Notes: generated by a model from the letters alone, not told the origin. DNA of 64,000 nt from Oscillospiraceae bacterium (GCA_040307975.1 JAWRIJ010000080.1:3390-67389); one strand, 5' to 3'; counted from the stretch's first letter, positions 36,395 through 47,442 are shown. Numbers and translations are program-made.

Positions 36395-37279
36395 ATGATC
36401 AAGAGCATGACAGGTTACGGGCGCGCGCGGCAAACGCTGAACGGGCGCGACATCACGGTGGAGCTTCGCAGCGTCAACAACCGCTATCTGGATACGACGG
36501 TAAAGCTGCCGCGGGCGTACATTTTTGCGGAGGACGCGATCAAACAACGCGTGCAGAAGGCGGTTTCGCGCGGTAAGGTGGATGTGTTCGTCACCATCGA
36601 CTCCACAGGAGCCGACGAGGCGACGGTCACTGTCAACGAATCGCTTGCTAAGGCGTATTTGGAGGTGCTGCGCAAAATCAACGTGATCGGTGTGGGTACG
36701 CTCAAGGGAACCTATTCCGCGGTGGATATCGCGCGTTTGCCGGATGTGGTGACCGTTACCAAGCCGGAAGAGGACCTCGAAAGCGTGGGCGCCGACATCT
36801 GCGCGGTGACGGAGGAGGCGATCAAGGCTTATAACGCGATGCGCGCGACGGAGGGTGAGAAGCTTGCCGCCGACATCGGCTCCCGCCTTGACGCCATTGA
36901 GACGCTGACGGGGAAGGTTGAGGCGCGTTCGCCCGAGACGGTGAAGGAATACCGCGAGAAGCTGACGGCGCGAATGCAGGAGGTGCTCCAAAGCACGACG
37001 ATTGACGAATCGCGCATCCTGGCCGAGGCGGCAATTTATGCGGACAAGGTCGCCGTGGATGAGGAAACCGTGAGACTGCGCAGCCACGTTTCCCAGCTGC
37101 GCACCATGATCGCGTCCGACGAGCCGATGGGCCGCAAGATGGACTTCCTCATTCAAGAGGTCAACCGTGAGAGCAACACGGTCGGCTCCAAGTGCAACGA
37201 TGTGGAGATCGCGCGCGTGGTGGTCGAGCTTAAGGCGGAGGTCGAGAAGATCCGCGAGCAGGTGCAGAATATCGAGTGA
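36395..37279 (+). CDS. yloC: YicC/YloC family endoribonuclease
   Basis: [20 protein letters not shown] and [21 protein letters not shown]. Confidence 0.94.
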   Translation: MIKSMTGYGRARQTLNGRDITVELRSVNNRYLDTTVKLPRAYIFAEDAIKQRVQKAVSRGKVDVFVTIDSTGADEATVTVNESLAKAYLEVLRKINVIGVGTLKGTYSAVDIARLPDVVTVTKPEEDLESVGADICAVTEEAIKAYNAMRATEGEKLAADIGSRLDAIETLTGKVEARSPETVKEYREKLTARMQEVLQSTTIDESRILAEAAIYADKVAVDEETVRLRSHVSQLRTMIASDEPMGRKMDFLIQEVNRESNTVGSKCNDVEIARVVVELKAEVEKIREQVQNIE

Positions 37280-37295
37280 TCGGGAGAGAAATGCG

Positions 37296-37565
37296 ATGAA
37301 GCTCATCAACATCGGTTTCGGCAGCATGGTGTCCGCAGAGCGGATGCTTGCCGTCGTTTCACCGGATTCCGCGCCGATCAAACGCCTCATTTCTGAATCG
37401 CGTGAGCGCGGGATGCTCATTGACGCGACCTATGGCCGCAAGACGGCGGCGGTGTTTATCATGGACAGCGACCACGTCGTCCTTTCGGCTGTCCCCGCCG
37501 GAAAGATCGTGGAACGTATGGGCGTCGAGGTGCTCGGCGGTTTGGACGAGTTCAAGGAGGACTAA
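37296..37565 (+). CDS. remA: RemA / DUF370 protein
   Basis: [25 protein letters not shown] and [10 protein letters not shown]. Confidence 0.92.
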   Translation: MKLINIGFGSMVSAERMLAVVSPDSAPIKRLISESRERGMLIDATYGRKTAAVFIMDSDHVVLSAVPAGKIVERMGVEVLGGLDEFKED

Positions 37566-37569
37566 ACGT

Positions 37570-38163
37570 ATGGCAAAAGGAAAAACTTTCATTATATCCG
37601 GCCCCTCTGGCGTCGGAAAGAGCACAGTGCTCAAGAGCCTCTTTGATGGGCGCGACGACCTGTATTTTTCTATCTCCGCCACAACGCGCGAGCCGCGCGA
37701 AGGTGAGCAGGACGGAGTTCATTACCACTTCATTTCCGTCGAGCGCTTTCAGGAGCTGATCGAGGCGGACGCGTTTTTGGAGTACGCCGAGTATGTTGGC
37801 AACTTCTACGGCACGCCGAAGAAGTTCGTGGACAAGGCAATGGACGCGGGGAAGGACGTCATCCTTGACATTGAGGTGCAGGGCGCGCTTCAGGTGAGCA
37901 CCAAGCGTCCGGAGACGGTTCGTATCTTCATCGCGCCGCCGTCCTGGGAGGAACTGGAGCGCCGACTCAAGAGCCGTGGCACGGACAGCGACGAGAAGAT
38001 CCAAAAGCGTCTCGTGCGCGCCAAGGCGGAACTTCAGACCGCCGACGTTTACGATTACTTCGTTATCAACGATTCGGTCGAACAGGCCGTTCGCGAGATA
38101 AACGCCATCATGCTCGCCGAGCACTGCAAGCCCGCCGAGCGGATGAAGATCCTGAGCGAATAA
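37570..38163 (+). CDS. gmk: Guanylate kinase
   Basis: [18 protein letters not shown] and GNFYGTP. Start at ATG 37570. Confidence 0.96.
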   Translation: MAKGKTFIISGPSGVGKSTVLKSLFDGRDDLYFSISATTREPREGEQDGVHYHFISVERFQELIEADAFLEYAEYVGNFYGTPKKFVDKAMDAGKDVILDIEVQGALQVSTKRPETVRIFIAPPSWEELERRLKSRGTDSDEKIQKRLVRAKAELQTADVYDYFVINDSVEQAVREINAIMLAEHCKPAERMKILSE

Positions 38164-38200
38164 AGCAAAAAATGATTTTCAAGAAAGAAGGAATCCCATT

Positions 38201-38413
38201 ATGATGCTCTATCCTGCCATGACCACGCTCAACAAGAACATTCCCAACCGCTATCTGCTGGTGAATGTCGTCGCGCGCCGTGCGCGCCAGATTGCCGAAG
38301 AAGCGGATGAAACGGGCGCGCATCTGACTGAAAAGCCGGTGACCTCCGCCATCAACGAGGTTGCGGAAGGCAAGATCGCGACCGGCGACGTGGATATCTC
38401 CATCAAGCGTTGA
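38201..38413 (+). CDS. rpoZ: RNA polymerase omega subunit
   Basis: MLYP...NRYLLVNVVARRARQI...KPVTSAINEV, in the gmk-rpoZ-priA order. Confidence 0.92.
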   Translation: MMLYPAMTTLNKNIPNRYLLVNVVARRARQIAEEADETGAHLTEKPVTSAINEVAEGKIATGDVDISIKR

Positions 38414-40878
38414 CAGCCGAGCTTGCGAGCTTAGCGCTCTCAGGAGTTCCTTACGCCGCGGACCGGGCGTATACCTACCTTGTGCCGCAGGAACTCTCCG
38501 GCAGCATTCGGGCGGGGATACGTGTCATCGTTCCGTTTGGACGCGGCAACCGTCGCAGCGAGGCGTTTGTGCTCGAGACCGCAAGGGGCGAGGCGTTGAG
38601 CGGCTATAAGCCGATTTTCGCCGCGCTTGACGATGAACCGTTGCTTGGCGACGAGGGGCTGCGCCTAATCCGCTGGATGAAGGCGCGATACTTTTGCACA
38701 TATTACGACGCAATCAAGACGATCCTGCCGTCCGGCGTTTGGTTCCGCTACCGCGAGCTGTGGCGTCCGGCAGACGGGCTGGACGCGGAAACGGCGCTTG
38801 CCGCCGTCTCTTCGGACAGCGTGGAGGCGCTTATCCTGCGCGAGCTGTACGCGCTGAAGTCCGCGGAGGCGGAGACGCTTTCCAAGGTTGGCGGCGACGA
38901 GACGGCAAAGGTGCTCAAAGCCCTATATGCAAAGGGACTCGCGGAGGTTGAAAAGACCGCCGCGCAGACGGTGAGCGACAAAACGATACGCGTGGTGAGC
39001 CTTGCCGTAAGCCGCGAGGAGGCCATGGCGGAGGCGGAAAAAAAGAAAAACTCCGCGTCCGTGCGGCATGCGGTCATAGAGCTTCTTTGCGCAGAAGGGA
39101 CGTTGACCGCCACTGATATTTATTACTATACCGGCGCGACGGCGGCGACGTTGCGAAGTCTTGAAAAGACGGGCGTGATCAGCATATCGACCGAGGAGGT
39201 GCTCCGCGTTCCGAGTTATGCGCCGTGTCCCGACGCCGCGCCCATCGTTTTGAGCGGCGAGCAGCAAGCGGCGTTCGACGGTCTCGATGCCCTCGCGCGC
39301 TCCGGCGAGGCAAAGGCGGCGTTGTTGCACGGTGTGACCGCGAGCGGCAAGACGCAGGTATATATCCGCCTCATTCAGGAGGCGCTCGCGCGTGAAAAAA
39401 CCGCGCTGCTGCTGGTGCCAGAGATTGCGCTCACGCCGCAGATGATGGCGAAATTCACCGCCTATTTCGGCGACGACGTCGCCATGCTCCACAGCGCGCT
39501 GCGCCTGACGGAGCGCTACGACCAATGGAAACGCATCCGCCGCGGCGAGGTGAAGGTCGTGCTTGGCACGCGTTCAGCGGTCTTCGCGCCGCTGCGTGAC
39601 CTCGGACTCGTCATCATGGATGAGGAGCAGGAGTCGACCTACGTTTCGGAAAACCCGCCGCGTTACCATACACGCGACATTGCGCAGTTCCGCTGCGCCC
39701 AACACGGCGCGCTGTTGCTGCTCGGTTCGGCGACGCCGACAGTTGAGACGACATATTACGCCAAAAACGGTCGATATAAAGTGTTTACGCTTTACAAGCG
39801 TTATAACGAGCAAAGTCTTCCAAAGGTGCTTATCGCGGATATGCGCGAGGAGTTGCGCGCGGGAAACGAGAGTATTTTGAGCGCGCCGTTGCGCGCGGAG
39901 CTTTCGGAAAATCTTACGCGCGGCGAGCAGAGCATTCTGTTTCTAAACCGCCGCGGCAGCGCGCGGATGCTGCTGTGCGGCGAATGCGGCACGGCGCCGG
40001 AGTGCCCGCGGTGCAGCGTGCCGCTGACCTACCACTCCGCTAACGGGCGGCTGATGTGCCACTACTGCGGCTTTTCACGTCCGGCGCCGGAACGCTGTCC
40101 CGCCTGCGGCGGAGCAATGCGCCCTGTCGGCGCAGGGACACAGAAGGTCGAGCAGGAGCTGCGCGAGGCGTTTCCTGGTACGGAAGTCCTGCGCATGGAC
40201 ACGGACACGGTCGGCGCGTCGCACGGACATGAAAAGCTGCTCAAGCGATTTGAAGAAGAAAGTGTTCCCATTTTGCTCGGTACGCAAATGGTAGCCAAGG
40301 GGCTGGATTTTGAAAACGTGACGCTCGTTGGCGTGTTGGCGGCGGATCTTTCACTCTATGTGGACAACTATCATGCCGCGGAGAGGACATTCAGCCTGCT
40401 GGCGCAGGTGGTCGGGCGCGCGGGACGCGGCGCAAAGCAGGGGCGCGCCGTCATCCAGACCTTTACGCCGGACAACGATGTCATCCGCGCTGCCGCAGCG
40501 CAGGATTACGAGGCGTTCTATCAAAGTGAAATCCGCATGCGCAGACTGCGGCGCTACCCGCCGTTTGCCGACCTGTTCACGCTGACGGTGAGCGGCGTGG
40601 ACGAGGGGCAGGTGCAGCGCGCCGCGCTCGCCCTGCGTGATGCGCTGCGGCTTGAGTGTGAGCGCAGGGAGGCCCTCCGTGTGTTCGAACCGGAAATTTT
40701 AGGCCCTGCGAGCGCGCCGGTCGCCAAGGTCAACAATCGGTACCGATATCGCGTATACATCGCCGCAAAGAACGCTCCGGAAATTCGCCGGCTTGTTTCC
40801 GAATTTCTGCTTGCGTTCCATCGGCATAGAGAAAACCGCAGTCTCGACATTTTTGCCGACTGCAATGCATTACAATGA
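38410..40878 (+). CDS. priA: Primosomal protein N'
   Basis: LHGVTASGKTQVY, DEEQE, two zinc fingers, GTQMVAKGLDF and QVVGRAGRG. Confidence 0.96.
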   Translation: MTAELASLALSGVPYAADRAYTYLVPQELSGSIRAGIRVIVPFGRGNRRSEAFVLETARGEALSGYKPIFAALDDEPLLGDEGLRLIRWMKARYFCTYYDAIKTILPSGVWFRYRELWRPADGLDAETALAAVSSDSVEALILRELYALKSAEAETLSKVGGDETAKVLKALYAKGLAEVEKTAAQTVSDKTIRVVSLAVSREEAMAEAEKKKNSASVRHAVIELLCAEGTLTATDIYYYTGATAATLRSLEKTGVISISTEEVLRVPSYAPCPDAAPIVLSGEQQAAFDGLDALARSGEAKAALLHGVTASGKTQVYIRLIQEALAREKTALLLVPEIALTPQMMAKFTAYFGDDVAMLHSALRLTERYDQWKRIRRGEVKVVLGTRSAVFAPLRDLGLVIMDEEQESTYVSENPPRYHTRDIAQFRCAQHGALLLLGSATPTVETTYYAKNGRYKVFTLYKRYNEQSLPKVLIADMREELRAGNESILSAPLRAELSENLTRGEQSILFLNRRGSARMLLCGECGTAPECPRCSVPLTYHSANGRLMCHYCGFSRPAPERCPACGGAMRPVGAGTQKVEQELREAFPGTEVLRMDTDTVGASHGHEKLLKRFEEESVPILLGTQMVAKGLDFENVTLVGVLAADLSLYVDNYHAAERTFSLLAQVVGRAGRGAKQGRAVIQTFTPDNDVIRAAAAQDYEAFYQSEIRMRRLRRYPPFADLFTLTVSGVDEGQVQRAALALRDALRLECERREALRVFEPEILGPASAPVAKVNNRYRYRVYIAAKNAPEIRRLVSEFLLAFHRHRENRSLDIFADCNALQ

Positions 40879-41051
40879 CCGCACCGCGGTCATTTAATAC
40901 GCGGCTTCACCGCAAAAGATCAGAAGCTGGCGTCACAGCGGCGCTTCGCGCCTGTGACGCAATGACCGCACCGCGGTCATTGTAATACGCGGCTTCACCG
41001 CAAAAGATCAGAAGCTGGCGTCACAGCGGCGTTTCGCGCCTGTGACGCAAT
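40873..41051. repeat. Two tandem copies of an 87/88-bp multi-hairpin (REP-like) element
   Basis: Copy 1 spans 40873-40959 and copy 2 spans 40960-41047, followed by a terminal CAAT. The copies differ by one indel and one substitution. Confidence 0.92.
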
Positions 41052-41070
41052 AAGCGCTCAAGGAGGGTAT

Positions 41071-41580
41071 ATGGCAATTAGAAAAATCGTGGAGCGGGGC
41101 GACCCTGTTTTGGAAAAAACCTGCCGTCCGGTGACGAGCTTCGACGCGCGGCTGCATACGCTGCTCGACGATATGGCGGAAACGCTGGAGGAGGCGGGCG
41201 GCGTTGGCCTTGCTGCGCCGCAGGTCGGTATCCTGCGCCGTATTTGCATCGTGGAGGACAGCGAGGGCGAGATCATTGAGCTTATCAATCCCGAGATCAT
41301 CGACGCCGAGGGCGAGCAGACTGGGCTGGAGGGCTGCTTGAGCATCCCAGGGCGCTACGGCATCGTCACGCGCCCGTACAAGGTACGTGTCCGTGCGCAG
41401 GATCGTGACGGCGCGTTTTTTGAGGTCGAGGACGAGGATCTGACCGCCCGCTGCTTCTGCCATGAGATCGACCATTTGGACGGGCACCTCTATACAGAGC
41501 ACTGCGACCATCTCCTCTCCGACGAGGAGGTCGAGCAGTACATCAAGGATCATCCCGAGCAGTTCGAGGAAGAAGAATGA
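41071..41580 (+). CDS. def: Peptide deformylase
   Basis: GVGLAAPQVG, EGCLS and HEIDHLDG. Confidence 0.97.
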   Translation: MAIRKIVERGDPVLEKTCRPVTSFDARLHTLLDDMAETLEEAGGVGLAAPQVGILRRICIVEDSEGEIIELINPEIIDAEGEQTGLEGCLSIPGRYGIVTRPYKVRVRAQDRDGAFFEVEDEDLTARCFCHEIDHLDGHLYTEHCDHLLSDEEVEQYIKDHPEQFEEEE

Positions 41581-42500
41581 AGATCGTGTTCATGGGTACG
41601 CCCGAATTTGCCGTCGCCTCGCTTCGCCGCCTGCTGAAAGATGGGCATGAAATTGTCGGCGTTTTTACGCAGCCGGACAAGCCGGGCAACCGAAAGAAGC
41701 TGACCGCACCGCCTGTCAAGGAGTTTGCCTTGGCGAACGGAATTGCGGTCTATCAGCCGGAGCGGATGCGCGGTGAAGAGCCGCTTGCGCTGCTGCGTTC
41801 GCTCGCGCCGGAACTGACGGTGGTTGCCGCCTACGGGCAGATCCTGCCGCAGGAGGTTTTGGATGTGCCGAAGCTCGGCAGCATCAACGTCCATGCTTCA
41901 ATTTTGCCGAAGTATCGCGGCGCGGCGCCGATCAACCGCGCGATTTTAAACGGCGAGACCGAGACTGGCGTGACCATCATGTATATGGCAAAAAAACTGG
42001 ACGCGGGGGACGTCGTCAGCATCCGAAGGACGCCCATCGCACCGGACGAGGACGCGGAGGCGCTTTTCGCGCGTCTCGCGGAGCTCGGCGCGGAGCTCCT
42101 GTCAGAGACGATCCCAACGATCGCGGACGGGACGGCCGTGCGTACGCCGCAAAACGACGACGAGGCGACCTATGCGCCCATGCTCTCGCGCGAGCTGTCG
42201 CCCATCGACTGGAATCAAAGCGCCAAATCGGTCGTCAATCAGGTGAGGGCGCTTGTTCCGTGGCCCTGCGCGTCGATGGTGCTGGAGGGCAAGACGGCGA
42301 AGGTTTGGCGCGCGGAAGTGAGCGGTGCGACAAAGGACGCCGTCGGAACGCTGCGCGCGTCGAAGCGCGGTATCGAAGCCGCTTGCGGCGATGGGAACGG
42401 CGTGCTCGTGACCGAGGTGCAATGCGAGGGCGGCAAGCGCATGGCGGCAAGCGCATGGCTCAACGGTAAGCGCGTCGCCGTGGGAGAAGTCCTCGCATGA
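41577..42500 (+). CDS. fmt: Methionyl-tRNA formyltransferase
   Basis: MGTPEFA and INVHASILPKYRGAAPI. Confidence 0.97.
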   Translation: MKIVFMGTPEFAVASLRRLLKDGHEIVGVFTQPDKPGNRKKLTAPPVKEFALANGIAVYQPERMRGEEPLALLRSLAPELTVVAAYGQILPQEVLDVPKLGSINVHASILPKYRGAAPINRAILNGETETGVTIMYMAKKLDAGDVVSIRRTPIAPDEDAEALFARLAELGAELLSETIPTIADGTAVRTPQNDDEATYAPMLSRELSPIDWNQSAKSVVNQVRALVPWPCASMVLEGKTAKVWRAEVSGATKDAVGTLRASKRGIEAACGDGNGVLVTEVQCEGGKRMAASAWLNGKRVAVGEVLA

Positions 42501-43813
42501 ACGCAAGGGAAAGCGCGCTGCGTGTGCTGACCGCCTGCTGCGTGAACGGCGCATGGGCGGATGCGGCGCTTACCGCGGAGCTGAAGCGGGAGACGCCGGA
42601 CGCGGCGGACGCGGCGCTCGCAAGCCGTATCGTCTACGGCGTGATGCAGCGGCGCATGCTGCTCGACTATTATTTGGACGCATATTGCACGCAGCGGCTC
42701 GACCATTTACAGCAGCCGCTGCCTGATATCCTGCGCATCGGCGCTTATCAGATCCTGTTTTTGGATAAAGTGCCGGATCGCGCTGCGGTCAGCGAGTGCG
42801 TGGAGCTTGCCAAGGCGTCGAAGCGCGGCGCGGCGGCGGGCCTTGTCAACGCGGTGCTGCGGAAGCTGTCGCAAAATAAGGCGCATCTTCCGTCACTGCC
42901 TGAGGACGATTTGGAGCGCATGTGCGTTGAGACCAGCCATCCAAGATGGCTGACGGAGCGCATGTGCGCGTTGCTTGGCAGAGAAAGCGCGGAGGCTTTT
43001 CTTAAAAAGAACAACGAGATCGCACCGGTTACGGCGCAGATCAATCCGCTCAAAACCACACGCGACGCTCTGCTCAAGGAGCTTGTAAACGCGGGCTCAA
43101 AGGCGAAGCCACATGTATGGGCGCCGGATTGCATCGAGCTTTCGGGCGCGGGCGATCTGACAACGCTGCCCGCGTTCTATCGCGGCGAATTTATCGTACA
43201 GGATGCGGCGGCGCGTCTCGTTTCGCTTGTCGCGGATGTCCGCCCGGGCATGCGCGTGCTTGACGTCTGCGCCGCACCGGGAGGGAAATCGTTTTCCGCG
43301 GCGTTTGCCATGCAGGATAGAGGTGAGCTTATCTCCTGCGACCTGCACGAGAATAAGCTCAAACGGATCATGGACGGTGCGGAGCGCCTTGGGGTTGGCT
43401 GCATCCAGACGTGCTCCGCCGACGCGCGCGTGTTCCGCCCCGAATGGGAAAGCGCCTTTGACGCGGTGCTCTGCGACGTGCCGTGCTCGGGTCTCGGCAT
43501 CATTCGCAAAAAACCGGATGTCCGTTATAAAGCGCCTGACGGGCTCACGGGGCTTCCACCGATTCAGCGCGCGATCCTTGCAAACAGCGCACGCTATGTG
43601 CGCCCTGGCGGCGTGCTGGTCTATTCGACCTGCACAGTGCTTCCGGAGGAGAACGAGCTGGTCACAGATGCGTTTCTCGCTGAAAACGGAGAGTTTTCCT
43701 ACGAAAGCTTTGAGCTTCCCATCGGGAGCGTTGCGGGATATATCACGCTTTGGCCGCAAAAACACGAAACAGACGGATTTTTTATCGCAAAGTTGAGAAA
43801 AACGGCATGTTGA
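42497..43813 (+). CDS. rsmB: 16S rRNA m5C967 methyltransferase (Sun)
   Basis: NusB-like N-terminus, DVCAAPGGKS, DVPCSGLG and YSTCT. Confidence 0.95.
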   Translation: MNARESALRVLTACCVNGAWADAALTAELKRETPDAADAALASRIVYGVMQRRMLLDYYLDAYCTQRLDHLQQPLPDILRIGAYQILFLDKVPDRAAVSECVELAKASKRGAAAGLVNAVLRKLSQNKAHLPSLPEDDLERMCVETSHPRWLTERMCALLGRESAEAFLKKNNEIAPVTAQINPLKTTRDALLKELVNAGSKAKPHVWAPDCIELSGAGDLTTLPAFYRGEFIVQDAAARLVSLVADVRPGMRVLDVCAAPGGKSFSAAFAMQDRGELISCDLHENKLKRIMDGAERLGVGCIQTCSADARVFRPEWESAFDAVLCDVPCSGLGIIRKKPDVRYKAPDGLTGLPPIQRAILANSARYVRPGGVLVYSTCTVLPEENELVTDAFLAENGEFSYESFELPIGSVAGYITLWPQKHETDGFFIAKLRKTAC

Positions 43814-44841
43814 AAGACATTAAGTGCATGACTCTCTCCGAGATCACGGACGCGCTGCGTGAACTGGGCGAGCCGTCATTCCGCGGGAAGCAGGTTTTTG
43901 CCTGGCTGCATCGCGGCGTGACAAGCTTCGATGAGATGAGCAATCTTTCCAAGGATCTGCGCGCGCGCCTCGCGGAGCTGTACTTTATCACAGTTCCAAG
44001 GGTTGCGCGCAAGCAGGTCTCGAAGCTCGACGGGACGATCAAGTATCTATGGGAGCTCGGCGACGGAAACTGCATCGAGACTGTGCTCATGTCCTATCAC
44101 CACGGGAATACGGTCTGCATCTCTTCGCAGGTTGGCTGCCGCATGGGCTGCAAGTTCTGCGCTTCGACGATCGCCGGGCGGATGCGCGACCTTCGACCGT
44201 CCGAGATGCTGGATCAGGTCCTCTTTACCCAGATCGACAGCGGCATGGAGATCTCAAACATTGTCCTCATGGGTATCGGCGAGCCGATGGACAATCTTGA
44301 CGCGGTGCTGCGGTTTTTGGAGCTCATCAACGACCCCGACGGGCTGAACATCGGAATGCGGCACATTTCACTGTCCACCTGCGGCGTCGTGCCGGGCATC
44401 GACCGGCTTGCGGAGCTGAGTCTGCAGCTGACGCTGTCTGTTTCCCTGCACGCGCCGGACAGCGAGACGCGCTCGCGCATCATGCCGGTCAACAACGCCT
44501 ATGACGTGGAGGAGCTGTTCGACGCCTGCCACCGGTATTTTCGCAAGACCGGACGCCGTGTCTCGTTCGAATACGCCATGATCGACGGCGTGAACGACAG
44601 CGACGCACAGGCGGATCTTTTGGCGAAGAAAATTCGCGGGATGCCGGGGCATGTGAACCTGATCCCGCTCAACGATGTCGTGGAGAGCGAGCTCAAGCCG
44701 AGCAAGCGCGTCGCGACGTTCCAAAAGCGTCTGGAGTCGCACGGAATCACGGCGACAGTGCGGCGCAGCCTCGGCGGCGACATTGACGCGTCCTGCGGAC
44801 AGCTGCGCAGGAAGGCAATGGAAGGGAGAAAAGAACCATGA
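43807..44841 (+). CDS. rlmN: 23S rRNA m2A2503 / tRNA methyltransferase (radical SAM)
   Basis: CISSQVGCRMGCKFC, MGIGEP and DIDASCGQL. Start at ATG 43807. Confidence 0.96.
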   Translation: MLKDIKCMTLSEITDALRELGEPSFRGKQVFAWLHRGVTSFDEMSNLSKDLRARLAELYFITVPRVARKQVSKLDGTIKYLWELGDGNCIETVLMSYHHGNTVCISSQVGCRMGCKFCASTIAGRMRDLRPSEMLDQVLFTQIDSGMEISNIVLMGIGEPMDNLDAVLRFLELINDPDGLNIGMRHISLSTCGVVPGIDRLAELSLQLTLSVSLHAPDSETRSRIMPVNNAYDVEELFDACHRYFRKTGRRVSFEYAMIDGVNDSDAQADLLAKKIRGMPGHVNLIPLNDVVESELKPSKRVATFQKRLESHGITATVRRSLGGDIDASCGQLRRKAMEGRKEP

Positions 44842-45599
44842 GGGCTTGGGGAATCACGGACGTCGGGCTCCGGCGACGCGAGAATCAGGATACATACGCC
44901 TTTGAAGCGTTCGGCGCGCCGGATACGGTCGCGGCGCTTGTCTGCGACGGCATGGGCGGCGTCAGCGGCGGACAGGTCGCGAGCGAGCTGGCTGTCAAGA
45001 CGTTTCTTAAGGAGCTCCATGCGCGCGCGCACGTAAACATGACAACGGAGCAGGTGTGCGAGATGGAGTCCGCTTGCGTGCTCGAAGCCAATCGCGCCGT
45101 CTATACGCGCGCACTGGAAGAGAAAGCCTATCACGGTATGGGGACCACTCTCGTTTCCGCCGTCGTGTCGCCCGATACCGCCGTTGTGTGCAATGTGGGC
45201 GACAGCCGCGCCTATCACATCGGTGCGGCTGGCATCAAACGCATCACGCGCGACCACTCCGTGGTCGAATCCCTGATCGAAGCAGGTGATATCACGCCGG
45301 AGCAGGCGCGCACGCATCCCAATCGCAATCTTATCACGCGCGCGCTCGGTCCGGAGCAGAGCATCGAATGTGATTGCTTTACGCTGCCGTTTGCGGAAGG
45401 GGAGGGCATCCTTCTCTGCTCGGATGGCCTGATCGTCACCGCGGAAGATCAGGAGATATTGGACATTTTGCACGCGGAATCGGACGGCGGGCAAGCGCTT
45501 GCGCGCCTTTTGGAACTGTCGAAGAGCCGCGGCGCGCCGGACAACGTGACCGTTGTCCTGATTCGCAACGAGAAGGAGGTGGAGCGACAGGATGGATAA
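44838..45599 (+). CDS. prpC: PP2C-type Ser/Thr phosphatase (PrpC/Stp1)
   Basis: TDVGLRRRENQD, CDGMGG, NVGDSRAY, CSDGL and DNVTV. Confidence 0.95.
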   Translation: MRAWGITDVGLRRRENQDTYAFEAFGAPDTVAALVCDGMGGVSGGQVASELAVKTFLKELHARAHVNMTTEQVCEMESACVLEANRAVYTRALEEKAYHGMGTTLVSAVVSPDTAVVCNVGDSRAYHIGAAGIKRITRDHSVVESLIEAGDITPEQARTHPNRNLITRALGPEQSIECDCFTLPFAEGEGILLCSDGLIVTAEDQEILDILHAESDGGQALARLLELSKSRGAPDNVTVVLIRNEKEVERQDG

Positions 45600-47442
45600 T
45601 ATGATCGGCAAGCTGCTGGACAATCGCTACGAGCTGCTCGAAGTGATTGGAACAGGCGGCATGGCAATGGTCTACAAGGGGCAGGATCGCCGCCTGAACC
45701 GCTCCGTCGCCGTCAAAATCCTGAAAAGCGAGCTGGCGGAGGACGCGGAGTTCCGCCGCCGCTTCCGCGATGAGTCGCAGGCGGTCGCGATGCTCTCACA
45801 TCCGAATATCGTCTCAGTCTATGACGTTTCCCGCGGCGAGACGGAGTATATCGTCATGGAGTTGATCGACGGTATTACGCTCAAGCAGTATATGGAGCGG
45901 CGCGGAAAGCTCAACTGGCGCGAATCGCTGCACTTTATCACGCAGATCATGCGGGGTCTCAGCCATGCGCATTCCCGCGGCATCATCCACCGCGACATCA
46001 AGCCCCAGAACGTCATGATCCTGCGTGATGGCAGCGTCAAAATCGCTGACTTTGGTATTGCGCGTCTTGAAAGCGCTGCGCAGCAGACGATGACGCAGCA
46101 GGCGCTTGGCTCGGTGCATTACATTTCGCCCGAGCAGGCGAAGGGCGACCGCACCGACGCGCGTTCCGACATTTATTCCGCGGGCGTCGTGCTCTATGAA
46201 ATGCTCACGAGCCGTCTGCCCTTTGAGGGCGACAGCGCTGTTTCCGTGGCGTTGCAGCACCTGAGCTCCGTGCCGCTTTCGCCCTGTGAGATCGACCCAA
46301 CGGTACCGCAGGCGCTGGAGAAGATCTGCATGAAGGCGATGGCGTCTGACATCACCAAACGCTACCCGACGGCGGACGCAATGATCGCCGATTTGGAAGA
46401 GTTCCGCAAAAACCCTGACACGTCGCTCAATTTCACCATCGAGGAGTTGCGCGAAAAGCCGTCCGGCGATCCGACCATGCCGATTCCCAAGGTGAAAGAC
46501 GTCGCCGCCCAGCTTGCCAAAAAGCGAGAAGAGCGTGAAGAACTCAAGCGATCTGACGTCATTGATGCGGAGTATGAGGAAGCAGCGCAGCCCGTGCTGC
46601 CGAAAGCGATCATCATTGTCGCCATTATGGCTGTCTTCGCGGCGGCGATCTTCGGACTTTGGCAGCTTGTTCTCGGCAGCTTTAACAATGTGGAGCCGGT
46701 ACAGACGGACTTTGAGGTGCCGGATCTGCTCGGCAAAACGATCGAAGAGGCAAACGCGGACGAGCGTGTGAAGGGCGTGTTCACAGTAACGCAGATCGGT
46801 CAGCGCCCGAGCAAGGAATATGCGGAGGGTCAAATTATCGAGCAGTCTCCCGTTTCCGGCAAAACGGTGCGTGAAAACCGCGAGATCACGGTGTTTGTCA
46901 GCACCGGCGTCAAGTCCGCGCCCATGCCGGATGTGGTGAACAAGGAACACCGCGCCGCAGCGGTACAGCTTCGCGCACTCGATTTGGATCTGGTGATCGA
47001 CGAGGCCGCCGAGGAGTACAACGACAACGTTTCCGCAGGATACGTCATCCGCAGCAATCCCGCCGAGGGCGAGACGCTTCAGGAGGGCGATGTTGTTATG
47101 CTGGTCATCAGCAAGGGACCGGAAACGCCGACGGCAACCGTGATCACGTTGACCAATATGACGCTCCCGCAGGCGCAGCAGGCCGTCAGCGATCTTGGCC
47201 TCGTCTGTCTGATCGAATACGCCAACGACGACACTGTGCCGGTCGATACCGTGATCAGCCAAAGTATACCGGCAAGCACCAAGGTCGAGCAGGGAAGCTC
47301 CATTAAACTGGTCGTCAGTCTCGGCCCCGTTCAACCGGACCAGCAGGCCGGCGGCGAGCAGACATCCGGAGAACCATCGTCCGGCGAGAGAGCCGGGCAG
47401 ACTGATGAAGCGCCAGAGGGCGGAACGGAGGGCGGCGTGTGA
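45592..47442 (+). CDS. prkC: PASTA-domain Ser/Thr kinase (PrkC/Stk1)
   Basis: IGTGGMAMVY, HRDIKPQN, ADFGIA, one TM helix and three PASTA repeats. Confidence 0.95.
   Translation: MDNMIGKLLDNRYELLEVIGTGGMAMVYKGQDRRLNRSVAVKILKSELAEDAEFRRRFRDESQAVAMLSHPNIVSVYDVSRGETEYIVMELIDGITLKQYMERRGKLNWRESLHFITQIMRGLSHAHSRGIIHRDIKPQNVMILRDGSVKIADFGIARLESAAQQTMTQQALGSVHYISPEQAKGDRTDARSDIYSAGVVLYEMLTSRLPFEGDSAVSVALQHLSSVPLSPCEIDPTVPQALEKICMKAMASDITKRYPTADAMIADLEEFRKNPDTSLNFTIEELREKPSGDPTMPIPKVKDVAAQLAKKREEREELKRSDVIDAEYEEAAQPVLPKAIIIVAIMAVFAAAIFGLWQLVLGSFNNVEPVQTDFEVPDLLGKTIEEANADERVKGVFTVTQIGQRPSKEYAEGQIIEQSPVSGKTVRENREITVFVSTGVKSAPMPDVVNKEHRAAAVQLRALDLDLVIDEAAEEYNDNVSAGYVIRSNPAEGETLQEGDVVMLVISKGPETPTATVITLTNMTLPQAQQAVSDLGLVCLIEYANDDTVPVDTVISQSIPASTKVEQGSSIKLVVSLGPVQPDQQAGGEQTSGEPSSGERAGQTDEAPEGGTEGGV

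Noticed and set aside
40873-41051. Possible CRISPR array
   Set aside because: The units are 87/88 bp, directly abutting with no unique spacers, and there are no cas genes.
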